Origin: Macrostomum lignano
Taxonomy: Eukaryota
Reading direction: 5' to 3'
NCBI GenBank assembly: GCA_002269645.1
Contig: NIVC01002450.1
Location: 62,001-126,000, forward strand
Length of the DNA: 64,000 bases
Below are positions 32,192 through 44,800 of the stretch, piece after piece. Position numbers and translations under genes: made by a program. Under the pieces are notes generated by a model. The model worked only from the letters and a program-made list of their open reading frames with translations, was not told where the DNA came from and ran no database searches. The stretch's first letter is position 1; every line of letters starts with the position of its first letter.

Positions 32192-34344
32192 AACTGCGCA
32201 GTGAGTTAGCTGGACTATAGCAGCAGTTTTTTAAACGACAATTCAGTTCTGAATAGGTGGAAATCTATTGGGCTTGTACTGTGCCAATTTAAAACATTAA
32301 ATTAAAATAACTTACGGGATTGCTCTAAGCATGTTTCAGCTACAAATAATGACACAGACGTTTTCAAGACATTTAGTTTAAGTCGTAATTATCATTCCTT
32401 AAGCCCATTAGTTATACTTAGCTAAAACGTCAGCAATGAAATAATTTTTTGGCAAAAAAATAAAACCAAAAATACAGTGATAATTAATATCTTACAAGTT
32501 ATAGATAGTTTTCCATCATCAAATGGTCTTTAGAACATTAGTAAATAAATAAATTCTGTTGGCTAAAAGCCTATAAGTAATAATTACTATTTCAAGAGAC
32601 CTCAGGATATGGTTTCCATTGTCAAGTACTATAACTATAACTAGGTATTATAACTATAACTATAACTAGGTCACAAATCAAATAATGCCATGCATCTTAA
32701 TATGAAATTATTCAATATCTTTTTAAATTTATTTTCTTAGTTGCAGGATTTTTGCTTTTTCAAGGCTGTGACAGGTGCATTTATTGCATTTTTGTGTTTA
32801 TTAGCCAGTCAAAACTCGATAAAATAACAGAATCCATAATAAAGATATAACATACCCTACAGAACACAGCATGGAAATTTAAATATAGCAAATCTGAGTT
32901 AACAAAGGAACCAATTCTTAGTAAAAATCGACTAAAGTTTAAATTAGTTTTTAATGCAATCTAATAGTTCTGGAGCATTATTTAACAATTAAGAAATTTA
33001 CTCCTCAATCCTTTGTGAGTAACTACAATATAAAGTTGAAAGTCAAAGGTAAATTGCGATTCCATTTAGTGAGTAAACGATGAAAAGGATTAGGACACAT
33101 AACAACTGCGAAAACGAACTGTAAAAGAAAATTAGACTACTGGAAATAATGGCAAACTGAGTCGCAAAAAAAATGTACAACAAAATATCCATACTTTGTC
33201 TTAAAATTCAAAGATTTATTACTTAGTAATTTAAACAATCTAACATTAATCTAAGTATTAAAATAAACATTAAGGAAAGCTGATAAAAAACTCATCGAAT
33301 TAAGCATATTATTTGTGCTTATTTCTAGTAATTAGATGAACTAATAGCAAAATAAAATGTAGCTATAGATTTGTAGAATTGAATTAAGCGAAAAACATTC
33401 ACACTGCAGTTTATTGCTTCGTTAATTGCGGATTAATTTAGATTGGTTTGAAATTAAAATTTGCATTGCCTATGATGCCAAAAAGGTTATAACTTAAATT
33501 CATTTTTAAGAATATTGCCGCAAAGAAAGCTTATTTTTTTAATATTTTAAGCTGTATAAAATATGTTTCTTTACTGATAAAAACGACACGAAGCAAAACA
33601 TTTGTTATAAACTACGCAAAATTTAACGCTAAAGTCCGTTTTGTTCTGCTAGTTTTACAGGCTATAGGCTATTTTGTCATTTAGTCCCACCCAGCAGTAA
33701 AGTTCTGAGCATGTGTGCTGACGAATTTCACTCACTGGTAAATTTTTCAGTTAATTGTGGAATCGGATTTTGCCTCTGACGCAGTAAATATTAGCTGACG
33801 AATTTCATTCCCTCCGTCGAATTCGAAGTCACTTTTTCTACTCTTACCCGAGAGGCGAAGAGATGATGTAGAGCCGGAGAGAGTGGGATTTGAAGTGTAG
33901 CAGAATAAAACGAATGATAGGAGATAGAAGAAATACAAAATAAGAATCCTATAGTTCAAAGCTACTACGAGTATACCGACAACCCAAAGTGATGAGTTTG
34001 CCCACCGAATCTGGTGTCACCACACACTGAATTGAGATTGTCAAACTAAATTAGGAAAATCTGGAGAGCAGCGGCTGCGAAGTTCATGCTGCCCCAGGAC
34101 ACATGCAACCTGGGTGGCAATGACAGCCATCCAGGACTGGATATTTACCAGATTTGAATCCGATACAGAGTTCCTGAGACTTTTTTCTAATGTGCATGGG
34201 TGCAGGGGTTAGTTTTGTTAGCTGCACATTGTTAGTTTCGACACATGATTTTACCACGAAATTGGGACTCAAAACGTGTTGCGAAAACCCAGTGGCTTAC
34301 TTCGATACTTGTGAACAGGGAGCGCCAATTCTGTTGAGTGAATG

Positions 34345-34610
34345 CCTCCATTCTGGTGTGTGAATGTCTCCATTCGGGTGTGTGAATGTCTTTAACTCTG
34401 ATGTGTGAATGTCTCTTAACTCTGGTGTGTGAATGTATTTTAACTCTGGTGTGTGAATGTATTTTAACTCTGGTGTGTGAATGTATCTTAACTCTGTTGT
34501 GTGAATGTATCTTAACTCTGGTGTGTGAATGTATCTTAACTCTGGTGTGTGAATGTATCTTAACTCTGGTGTGTGAATGTCTCTTAACTCTGGTGGGTGA
34601 ATGCCAGGCG
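34345..34610. repeat. 24-bp minisatellite TAACTCTGGTGTGTGAATGTATCT
   Basis: About 10 copies. Confidence 0.92.
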
Positions 34611-34899
34611 TTCATTCGCGACCTGGCCCTGAGGCGCGTCCTGTGACGCTAAACGCGTATTCCGTTGTTGTTGTTTGTTGTTGTGAATGTCTCCATTCAG
34701 GTGTGTTAATGTGTCCATTCGGGTGTGTGAATGTGCGGCACTCCGACACTTCCGTTACTTTTTGGTAAGTTCCGTACCTCCAGCACGGTATCAATATTAA
34801 TAAAAAAATCAAATTTCTCAATTTCTCAATTTGCGTTTTTTATTAGTGTTAGTAGAATTAATGCCGATAGTGTTTCGTCAAAATGAAGTCCTCTTGAAG

Positions 34900-35980
34900 T
34901 TGTTCCTGTTGCCATCCAACTGAATCTAGACGCAGAGACGACGTAGCGATCTCAATGTGACTGCCACGCTGCCACCCCACTTACTGAACCTTGTTGCGTC
35001 CAGGGACACTCAGGCTGCAATCGAGCAAGTATCCAAAAACGACTAAAGTAAAAATATAATTCACTTTAGTAGTCCTTGGCAGTATCCATGCAGAGCTGCG
35101 GGGGGGGGGTTTCACAAACTCGAAATTTCACAACGTCGAAAGCACCTTCTTTCACAAGATCGAAATTTCACAAGGTCGAAATTTCAGAACATCGAAAACT
35201 CAAATAGCAGCCACTTTCACAAGGTCGAAATTTCACAAAATCGAAAAATTTAGCAAGGGACTTCATTAAAGTCGAAATTTCTCAAGGTCCAAATTTCACA
35301 ACGTAGAAAACTACGGTTCTTGTTATATTAAATTTTCGACGTTGTGAAATTTCGAGCTTATGAAGTTTCGACCTTGTGAAAGTGGCTGCCATTTGAGTTT
35401 TCTACGTTGTGAAATTTCGACCTTGTGAAATTTCGACCTTGTGAAGTTTTGACCTTGTGAAATAATTTACTTTTCGACCTTGTGAAATTTCGACCTTGTG
35501 AAAGCACCCCAGCTGCGGCAGCTGTTTCGCAAAGGAACTTGGTGGAATTCAATGTTTCACAGTGAGCGAGAACAATTTTACATTTCTACATCAAAGCCTT
35601 CGCAGCCCTTTACAAATGACGAGGCATGTCTACCGAAAGAGTACCACATTGTAATGGCTCCGTTTGCAATTACTCTCTACGTGCTCCAAGGTGAAAGCGA
35701 CGCCAAGGATTCAAGCATGCTACTGCCAAGGCTTTGAGTGTCATCACAAAGCTGGACGAGATCCGCAGTCACCTTCGTCCAAAGTACTGCAGCGGGCTTG
35801 CCGACTGCCTGCTGGGTAGCCTCTGTCGTAAATTTTCTTCTGCATTCTCCAACGCTGAGTGCCTTCAGGCTGCAGGATTTCATCCACGATTTTGTTTTAC
35901 GCGGTTGCCACAGTGCCATGCAGTGCTGCTGACCTTCGCCAACCAAAGCGGCGCGCACAAAGTGGGGCGTCCTGGTTGAA
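34900..35980 (+). mobile_element. Decayed hAT-superfamily transposase remnant, interrupted at about 35100-35510
   Basis: C..H-like HLLNLVASRD (about 34975), TWWNSMF (RWNS motif), EYHIVMAPFAITLYVLQGE..MLLPRL, AAGFHPRF; frameshifted. Confidence 0.7.
35100..35510. mobile_element. Foldback/MITE-like element built of inverted 16-bp GAAATTTCGACCTTGT arrays
   Basis: Left arm (TCGAAATTTCACAAGG)n and right arm its reverse complement; about 40-bp near-perfect IR at 35196-35235 vs 35361-35400; ends GGGG..TTTCACAA / TTGTGAAAGCACCCC. Confidence 0.75.
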
Positions 35981-36457
35981 GAGCGTCTTACAATTGCATC
36001 ACAGATATTTTTCGCAGTAATAATTCTCTATTTAAACAACGACTTCTTATTTTAGGTATATTTGCAATCGCAAGCAAAGCAATTTTATTATGTAGCAATT
36101 GTTATGTAGGCTTCGAAACCTCATGGTTTTACTTTTACATAAGTAACATGATGGTCGTAGACTAACTTATATAGCGAACTTCTCTACGACATACACAAAC
36201 AAAAACAAAAGACTGAGTGCGTCTCAAACAATTAGTTGCAACTTAAAAAATCAAGCTTACGGACAATAACATCTACATTTCATTTTTACTACTAATATGA
36301 GCAATTAAGGAACACAACGGTAAAACTAATTAGAGCTTTCACAGGATAAGCATCGGAAATATTTGAGAGACAATATTGACGACATTCAAGAAAAATGTTC
36401 CAGCAACGGGTGAGAGAGTGGATCAGCCTCAGACAGTTTGACATTCTGTCCATTAAG

Positions 36458-39400
36458 TCAGTCCAGACAGGCGCTGCCAGCAGGCGAGGCGGAGGCGGTC
36501 AGAGCCGCGGCGCCCACCGGCCGACCAGCCAGCCAGCTGGACGAAATGAACGACGATGGCGCCGATGCCGACGGCGGACTGCCGCTGCTGGACGCGGCGG
36601 CTGCGGACACGGCCGCGGCATAGAAGGCGGCAGCGGCGGCGGCAGCTGCCGGCGTGAAGCCAAGAGGAAGCCCAGGAGGCGGTAGCGGCAAGCAGCTGTG
36701 CCGGTTCGTGCCGAGCAGCTGTTGATGCGGCGGCGGCGGCGGTGGCGGCGGCGGCGGCAGGAATGGCAGACGGAACGGGAGGGCCGGTTGACGCGTCGAC
36801 ACCGGCGGAATTCCAGCGGCAGATGTCGGAGACGGCGGCGTCTCCAAGTTGGCGCCCGGCCGCGGCCGCTGCTGCTGCTGGAGCTGCAGACAGTCGTCGA
36901 TGTTCCCGACGGTGCTGTCGCGAGCAGACGAAGCGGCGCTCTGCATCATTAACTGCAGGTGGTTGAGGCTGGCGGCGGCCGCGGCAGCTCGACGGCTCGC
37001 TGTGTCACCGCCGCCGCCGCCGCCGCCCCCGCAGCCTCCGCCGCCACCGCTACCACTGGCAGCAGCGGCCATGGCGGCGGCGGCGGCGGCAGCAGAGACG
37101 GCGGCTCCGTGGCCGGACTCGTCCGGACCGTCCGTGCTCAGCTGCAGGTGCCGCTTCTTAGTTTTGTAGCGTCGATTTTGGAACCAAATTTTTACCTGGA
37201 AATGACAGTTTCCTTACAATTCATACCAGTATTTGTATACGCAATGGTGTGTAACTTGAAATTTCGTGACATTTCTTGAGTTCAGATCGACCATATGACT
37301 CTTTTCTATCTCGGCAGTGTAATACTTCGTTTTACTAAAGATTCAATTATTTCAACGAAAAAGGTCGATTTGAAGTTTGCTAAAAAACTCAGGATTGTAG
37401 ATTGCAGACTTCAGATTTCCATGCTTGATGGACCCACGGCTCTTGTGTCCGTGGTGGAGGGGTATTTCGAAGGACTAAGCTAGCTCGTAGAAGCAAAAGG
37501 TGCGAGGAATCTGGTTCCTTGGTGGTCCTCCTGGTTGGGGACAGGGCCGCTTCCTACAGATTTTCAGTTCCACGGAGGAACTGGAAAATTAATGATACGC
37601 CTGGTTGCCGGGGGGGGGGGCATGCGGACATGACAATGAGGATGAGGGTGGTCAGTCTCGACTTTTAACACTATCGGTTGCTAACAAGTTTGACAAGGTC
37701 CAGAGAGTCAGTCCTTGCCTCGGCCTGCGTGTGACACGCATTCAGCCAGACGGCCACTTTGTCAAAGAGTGAAGAGTCAAAAGGAATGCGCAGAGTTGCG
37801 CATGTATGCGGTTAAAGGCGGCATTCTTCTTCTCCCTTCAGATTCAAGTTAAAACTGTTATAACTTTGGTCAGTTCATTTATATAGCTGTTGGTGCAAAT
37901 GAACTGGTAATTACCAGTGTGGGACATCGGCTGAAATCGAAGCATACAGTAAAATGGTAGGAGGGCAAAAGGCGCTAGATGGGAAAGGGAGCGCTAGATC
38001 TAGATTGGGAAAGGGGCGCTAGATCTAGATTGGGAAAGGGAGCGCTAGATCTAGATTGGGAAAGGGGCGCTAGATCTAGATCGGGAAAGGGGCGCTAGAT
38101 CTAGATTGGGAAAGGGGCGCTAGATCTAGATTGGGAAAGGGGCGCTAGATCTAGATTGGGAAAGGGAGCGCTAGATCTAGATTGGGAAAGGGGCGCTAGA
38201 TCTAGATTGGGAAAGGGGCGCTAGATCTAGATTGGGAAAGGGAGCGCTAGATCTAGATTGGGAAAGGGGCGCTAGATCTAGATTGGGAAAGGGGCGCTAG
38301 ATCTAGATTGGGAAAGAGGCGCTAGATCTAGATTGGGAAAGAGGCGCTAGATCTAGATTGGGAAAGGGGCACTAGATCTAGATTGGGAAAGGGGCGCTAG
38401 ATCTAGATTGGGAAAGGGGCGCTAGATCTAGATAGAAAAAGGGGCGCTAAATTGCTAGACCTACGTAGGAAACCAAGTGCTTGATCTAGGTGGGTGAATA
38501 AATCTGCAACGATTCTTGCAAATCCTTCCAGTTCCAGATAGAAACATCTGCTGAAGAATCTTTTAGGAAAAGAATAGATATTTTCACAAACATTTCAGCA
38601 GCATATAAAGAATTTCTTTCAAATTCCAGATGCCATTAAAAAAAGTCTCATTAAAAATCCTTGAATATCTGATCCCAGCAATTTTTTTACCTAGAAAGAG
38701 TATTTCCAATGAATAGCGGAAATCTCAAGAGAATCACCGAATCACTGAATCTCTCCAGGAGAATCACCGAATCTCCCCAGGAGAATCACCGAATCTCCCC
38801 AGGAGAATCACCGAATCTCCCCAAGAGAATCACCAAACCTCCCCAAGAGAATCACCAAATCTCCCCAGGAGAATCACGGAATCTCGAAATTGCTCACCTG
38901 GGTCTCCGTCAGCTTGAGCAGTCTGGCCAGATCCGAGCGCTCCTGTCCGGACAGGTATCTTTGATGACTAAACCGACGCTCAAGTTCGAACACCTGGGCG
39001 TGGCTGAACGCCGCTCTGGTTCGTTTCTTCCGGTGCCGCAGATAAGAACTTCCGCTGACCCCGCCGCCACCGCCGCCGCCTCCGTGACTTCCGCCGTGAT
39101 GGCTGGCGTGGTGCGACGGTTTTGCACCGCCAGCGCCGTTGCCAGTCGAGTCGGAGGCTGCTGCAGCGGCTGCGGCGGCGGCGGCGCTGGCGGCCAGGGA
39201 AGCGGCCATAGACTGGATGTGCACCGAAGGCGATGCGCGGGTCAGGCTGAGGAAGCTTTGAATCGAAGCCAAACTGGACACTGTTGGCAGGATGATGCAG
39301 AGCGGTTGCTGCGGTAGGTGCTGATAAATTTTATAAGACAAACTAATAATGAGAAATTCATTGTACAAGATCTCTTACTTGACGGAGACAGTGCAGGTCG

Positions 39401-39814
39401 GTGCTGCTGCTGCTGCTGCTGCTGCGTAGGCCGGTGAGGCTTCTGTTGCTGCTGCCGCCAGACCGGCGCTGCCGCAGCCGCAGCTTCCCGATGATGATGC
39501 TGATGCCGACGACGGTCCCGGGGACGTTCAGCGGAACCTGCTCCACCTATCTTGGTTCCGTCAAGGCCGCTGCCGCTACCGCCGCCGCCTCCGGCCAGGA
39601 TGCTCTCAATGCCAAACCGCAGCCGGCCGCGAGCAGTGGCGGCAGCGGCCGCAGCTTCATCAGGCGATCCATCAGCCGACATCAGCAGCTCCGAGGCACC
39701 GACTTCCTCCTCCTCCTCTTCTTCCGCCTCCTCCTCCTCTTCGTCCACGTCGTCCACTTCCTCATCCGCCTCAACAATAACGGACTCGTCAGCGAAGCTG
39801 TCGTCAGCCAACAT
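36458..39814 (-). CDS. NKX3-2: NK3-class homeobox transcription factor (NKX3-2/bagpipe), 3 exons (39814-39379, 39280-38898, 37195-36458), 518 aa
   Basis: Homeodomain [45 protein letters not shown]|[15 protein letters not shown] with an intron between Q and V of helix 3; eh1/TN motif LRFGIESIL; the exons sum to 1557 nt in frame. Confidence 0.92.
37985..38440. repeat. 25-bp minisatellite GGGGCGCTAGATCTAGATTGGGAAA (NKX3-2 intron 2)
   Basis: About 18 copies, each with the palindrome CTAGATCTAG. Confidence 0.95.
38720..38885. repeat. 22-bp repeat GAGAATCACCGAATCTCCCCAG (NKX3-2 intron 2, near the donor)
   Basis: About 7 copies. Confidence 0.9.
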
Positions 39815-40397
39815 TTTTTTCTCCAATACTGTCGTCAAAGTAATAAAAGTTGTAATTGGAGAGACAAATCAATCCTCCTGATAGTTGGGATGGAGCGGAG
39901 CGGCTGGCTATCGCCGGCTTTTATTGAACTTCCGCTAATTTCCTGTTGGCTGGCGGGAGGAGTTGGCGGCCAGATAACTTTCTTCCCCGGCTCCCCCTCC
40001 TCCCCCCTCCTCCTCCTCCCCAGGGCTGACACCTGTCGGCCGCCACCTGCAAATTAGCGGCCCTCTTTTCTTCTTCTTTCTCTCCCCACTCTGTGTCCCT
40101 GTCTGTCTCTCTAACTTTCTTTATTCAATTCTCTTTACCTGAGAATTCGGTCATCCAGTTTCCCGGAATCAAAGTTTTGACAACAGCCTGCTAAGCCCTG
40201 GGATCTTTTTAGTAATTCTATATTTTGATTTTCTATTTTTTTCAGAGCAAAATCATAGAGTTATTCAAATGTTTTTATGCTACAAAGTTCGATTATTATA
40301 AACCTAAGAAATAAAAAACGAGCTAATTGCGCAATAAAACTGGTATATTTTGGGCATGAAAAATTCAGTACACTCGTACAAATTCAGTACTTCTAGC

Positions 40398-41465
40398 CCA
40401 TGATGGCGCCCCTGATGGCGCCCCTGATGGCGCCCCTGATGGCCCTGATGGCGCCCCTGATGGCCCTGATGGCGCCCCTGATGGCCCTGATGGCGCCCCT
40501 GATGGCCCTGATGGCGCCCCTGATGGCCCTGATGGTATCCCTGATGGAGCCAGCTCAATGAGCAATGAAATCAACAATCCCTGAAAGCACCGGTCTATTC
40601 AGAAATTCTCAGCGGCATTTTCCGCTATCGTCTCCGCCCCTCGCCCCTCCCTATCCTTCAGTCGAGCAAAGCGCGACCAGCTGCGATTGGTTGATGCGCC
40701 GCGCTAGCAGGGGCCAGTCGATTGGCTGCGATGACAGCTCGTTTGCTCTCGGGGCTCTTTTGCTTTCTTCTTCTCTCTATTGCTAGTTGCCCGTTCGATT
40801 GGAGTCATGGATTACCAGACTTGGACGGGCGGATTGGAAAACTAAACGAGCCAGGCCAGTTTTCTGGATATCTGATTCCGATCAAAATAAACCAAATTGG
40901 CATACCTTTATTTCAAAAATTATGTTTCAGAGGCGCCATCAGGGCCATCAGGGGCGCCATCAGGGGCGCCATCAGAGGCGCCATTAGAGGCGCCATAAGG
41001 GGCGCCATCAGGGCCATCAGAGGCCATTAGGATGCCATTAGGGGCTCCATCAGGGCCATCAGAGGCGCATCCGGGATGCCATTAGGGGCTCCATTAGGGC
41101 CATCAGAGGCGCATCCGGGATGCCATCAGGGGCGCCATCAGGGCCATCAGAGGCGCCTCCGGGATGCCATCAGGGGCGCCATCAGGGCCATAAGAGGCGC
41201 ATCCGGGATGCCATAAGAGGCGCATCCGGGATGCCATTAAGGGTGCCATCAGGGGCGCCATCAGGGGCGCCATCAGGGGCGCCATCAGGGGCGCCATCAG
41301 GGGCGCCATCAGGGCCATCAGAGGTGCATCCGGGATGCCATTAAGGGTGCCATCAGGGGCGCCATCAGGGGCGCCATCAGGGGCGCCATCAGGGGCGCCA
41401 TCAGGGCCATCAGAGGTGCATCCGGGATGCCATTAGGGGTGCCATCAGGGGCGCATCAGGTTCGC
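40398..41465. repeat. Inverted pair of GC-rich minisatellite arrays: (GATGGCGCCCCTGATGGCCCT)n at 40398-40548 and its reverse complement at 40930-41465
   Basis: The right array AGGGCCATCAGGGGCGCCATC is the exact reverse complement of the left unit and also contains the hairpin GCATCC-G-GGATGC. Confidence 0.9.
40630..40840 (-). promoter_or_regulatory. CCAAT/GC-box promoter-like segment upstream of NKX3-2
   Basis: GC box CTCCGCCCC at about 40632; four GATTGG (minus-strand CCAATC) at about 40685, 40720, 40798 and 40832, in two pairs about 35 bp apart; about 0.9 kb upstream of the ATG. Confidence 0.5.
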
Positions 41466-43104
41466 CATTAACTGAGCGACACCAAAGATTGGATGAAGCG
41501 CGACTTCTGGGACGGCGCCAAAATGAGTGTCACAAGGGTTTTTTTTAAACGTTACAAATTGGACGTAGGTACGAAGTATATGATTGCAAGATCCGTTTGA
41601 AATTGAGCCTCGAAGAAAAATTCTGAGGAATGGCTTCTTAGCTTAAAACTGAATGGGAACCAATAGTCGTGGTATCAGATAAAATGTCGTCAAAATTAGT
41701 GTCAGTTGCGTCAATGGATAACTTACTGGTTGCAGTTCTAAAATTTCTGCTATTATGAATGTCTATTTTATTAAATTGTGGCTTCACATTTGTTCCCAAA
41801 ACTGATATCAGAAGGATATTAAGCCAGGAGGATATCAGAGAGAGAGATCAGCCACTTGTACTTGTGATTGATACCCACGCACACTTACACTAAGCCAGAG
41901 GATAGACTGATGTCAATCACTCATGCAATTTGCAACGGGGGTTTTCGATGGCGGGGGCAGCAGGCACTTGCAGGGCAAGCAGAAACAATGTCCAGTTCGG
42001 TACTTCGCATTGTTTTCATTTGATTGGTTCAAACGGATTATGGCCAGTGTGCTGCAGGTAAACTTGCGTCAAGTCTGCCAACTGTGATTGCGGATAGACA
42101 GGTGAATTTCTACAAATGGCTGTACAGTGTATCCCATTCCTTCAAGTAGGTTTTCCTGGAGAGCCTCTTTGCTGTCCGTATAAAAGATTGCCAGGCCTTT
42201 TTTCGGTATCGTCTTATCTTCTGGAAGCAGCAAAGAGCCTGTCCGATCTTCAATGAGAGGCACTGGTCAAAACGCTTGACCGAGCAAGAGACAGATTGGT
42301 AGTAGGGCCTGACCCGGCAACACACTTAAGCTAAATACCGTCCGTAAGCTCGTATAGATGTTCATCCCTGTATGTAAGCCACTGTCTTCTATCTAATACC
42401 CTTGCCGATGCTTTAAAGCTCGGGCCTGCCTCATCAAGCATCAAAACACCGCAGCTTCCTGGCCACACGTGTGCGCCCTGCTAATTGGTCCGATTGCTCT
42501 GCCTATATAGACAGCTGCTTGGCTTAGGAGGAGGCGAGCGGCCAGCGCGAGGTTCTTCTTCTTCGCCTCTGAAAATGATTGAAAGAGTGTCGCTTGTAAC
42601 TCTGCTATGTGTAGCCTATAGGCAACAGGGGGTGGACGGCTCGGAGAGGGAGTTAATTGGTGTTGCAGCAATACCGAAACGGCTGTGGGTTCATCACAAC
42701 CCTGCCACTCTACTTGATGGAGTGTTTTTCAATTCCCCTCTTTCTTCCCCTTGGACCCACGGACTGCAGCAATATGGGACTCGGAAATTCACCTTTTCAG
42801 GCTGTGGCCCTTGCGGCCCTGTTGCTGGGCATTTAAAAAGCCGCACTGCAGGCTACCTGTTCAAGCAAGTTTGGCAAAGCAATTCTCAGTCAAGAAAATC
42901 GCAATTTGCTTTCCACCGCCAAGAGTTTGTGAGAGGGTTTAAACAAAAAAATCTTGAAGGGTGCCGACATTTACAAGACTTGCCTCTCTGGATGGATGGT
43001 TTTCACTGCTGCCATAAGGACTACTAATGAGCTGCTTTTTTACTCGTAATTCTTCTGCAAATTTGCTTTTTTGAAATCGGAAAAATTCGGTTTTTTATCC
43101 TCAG

Positions 43105-43800
43105 TTCCCGATGCCTCAGTACCCTCCGCTACCCTCCATTCCCGATGCCTCAGTACCCTCCGCTACCCTTTATTCCCGATGCCTCAGAGTACCCTCCGCT
43201 ACCCTCCATTCCCGATTCTTCAGTACCCTCCGCTACCCTCCATTCCCGATGCCTCAGTACCCTCCGCTACCCTCCATTCCCGATGCCTCAGTACCCTCCG
43301 CTACCCTTTATTCCCGATGCCTCAGTACCCTCCGCTACCCTCCATTCCCGATGCCTCAGTACCCTCCGCTACCCTTTATTCCCGATGCCTCAGTACCCTC
43401 CGCTACCCTTTATTCCCGATGCCTCAGTACCCTCCGCTACCCTCCATTCCCGATGCCTCAGTACCCTCCGCTACCCTTTATTCCCGATGCCTCAGTACCC
43501 TCCGCTACCCTTTATTCCCGATGCCTCAGTACCCTCCGCTACCCTTTATCCCCGATGCCTCAGTACCCTCCGCTACCCTCCATTCCCGATGCCTCAGTAC
43601 CCTCCGCTACCCTCCATTCCCGATGCCTCAGTACCCTCCGCTACCCTCCATTCCCGATGCTTCAGTACCCTCCGCTACCCTCCATTCCCGATGCTTCAGT
43701 ACCCTCCGCTACCCTCCATTCCCGATGCTTCAGTACCCTCCGCTACCTTTTGTTCCCGATGCTTCAGTACCCTCCGCTACCCTCCATTACCAATGCTTCA
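43105..43800. repeat. 34-bp minisatellite CCCGATGCCTCAGTACCCTCCGCTACCCTCCATT
   Basis: About 20 copies. Confidence 0.95.
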
Positions 43801-44295
43801 GTGGTCACTCAAAATCCTCAGATTAAACGGCACCAAATGGATGACGTCATCACTTGGAAGTAATAAATTGGCTTTGGAAATATATTCGGTCCGCAACAAG
43901 ATGCGTTGCCATTTTTCTTCATCAACTAACAATCGGTTAAACGTTTTCCAACAGTATATGTATAATTTAGGATGCTGGAATAGTGATGAAGATTGGCGGC
44001 AATGTTACATCGCTATTTGGAAAACCATATATGCATGCAATCGATGCAGATCTCTTGGAAAGCAACAAACAATTAAGCAAAACGCATCAATCAAATTCGT
44101 GGAAACTGTGCCACCAATCTGTATAGGTTTTATGCTATAAAATTCTATTATAAACTGCCTCTTTGGGTGAGGCCAGCCGGCAGGTCAGCATCGGCGGAAC
44201 AAGGTCTACTCAAGTAGAAGGACGGGAAACCTCGTTTCTTAGAAAATTTTAGGAGACAGCTTTTCCGAAAACAATGCACTACGGAGATAGGGAGT

Positions 44296-44800
44296 TTTGA
44301 TTTTTTCAGCAAAAAAATTGTTATTGCTTTTGATAGGAGGCAGACCCAATGCTCATCTTTTGATATGTTGTGCCTTTTTTATAGCTCTATTGATATTAAT
44401 AAAGTTTTTGGTTAAAAAACTAGGATTCTATGTTAATTTCATGCTAAGTACAATTGCATATGTCCTGTGCCTTAAAACTATTAAAATGGCACGGCTCAAC
44501 TCTTTGGTTTTATGAATCAATTTTGTCATTCTCAGCCGACTGTTGTAACAATATGTGTAACAGCGATGATAAAATAGATTGATAAAACAAATTAATCGAC
44601 CTGTGCCATGCATTTTAATGATTTTTTTGGTACAGGGAATGTACGTAGAATAAAAAATTAACATAGAATAATCCTAGTTTTTTAACGCAAAGCTTTATGA
44701 ATATCAATAGAGCTATAAGAAAGGCACAACACATCTAAAGATGAACATTGGGTCAGCCTCCTATCGAATGCAATAACATTTTTTGTGCTGAAAAAAAAAT
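44296..44800. mobile_element. MITE-like element with ~140-bp imperfect terminal inverted repeats
   Basis: 44301-44438 aligns with the reverse complement of 44656-44798 (e.g. GATAGGAGGCAGACCCAATG vs CATTGGGTCAGCCTCCTATC); no ORF. Confidence 0.75.

Noticed and set aside
34090-34200. Possible Tc1/IS630 transposase remnant (AIQDW.. / LPDLNPIQSS*)
   Set aside because: Only a short motif that needs a frameshift, with no DDE context or TIRs; too weak to call.
42069-43027. ORFs with faint LINE RNase H or ORF2-like words (IFYTDSKEAL; RRYRKKAWQSF)
   Set aside because: Short, in different frames, with no RT motifs; BLASTX would be needed.
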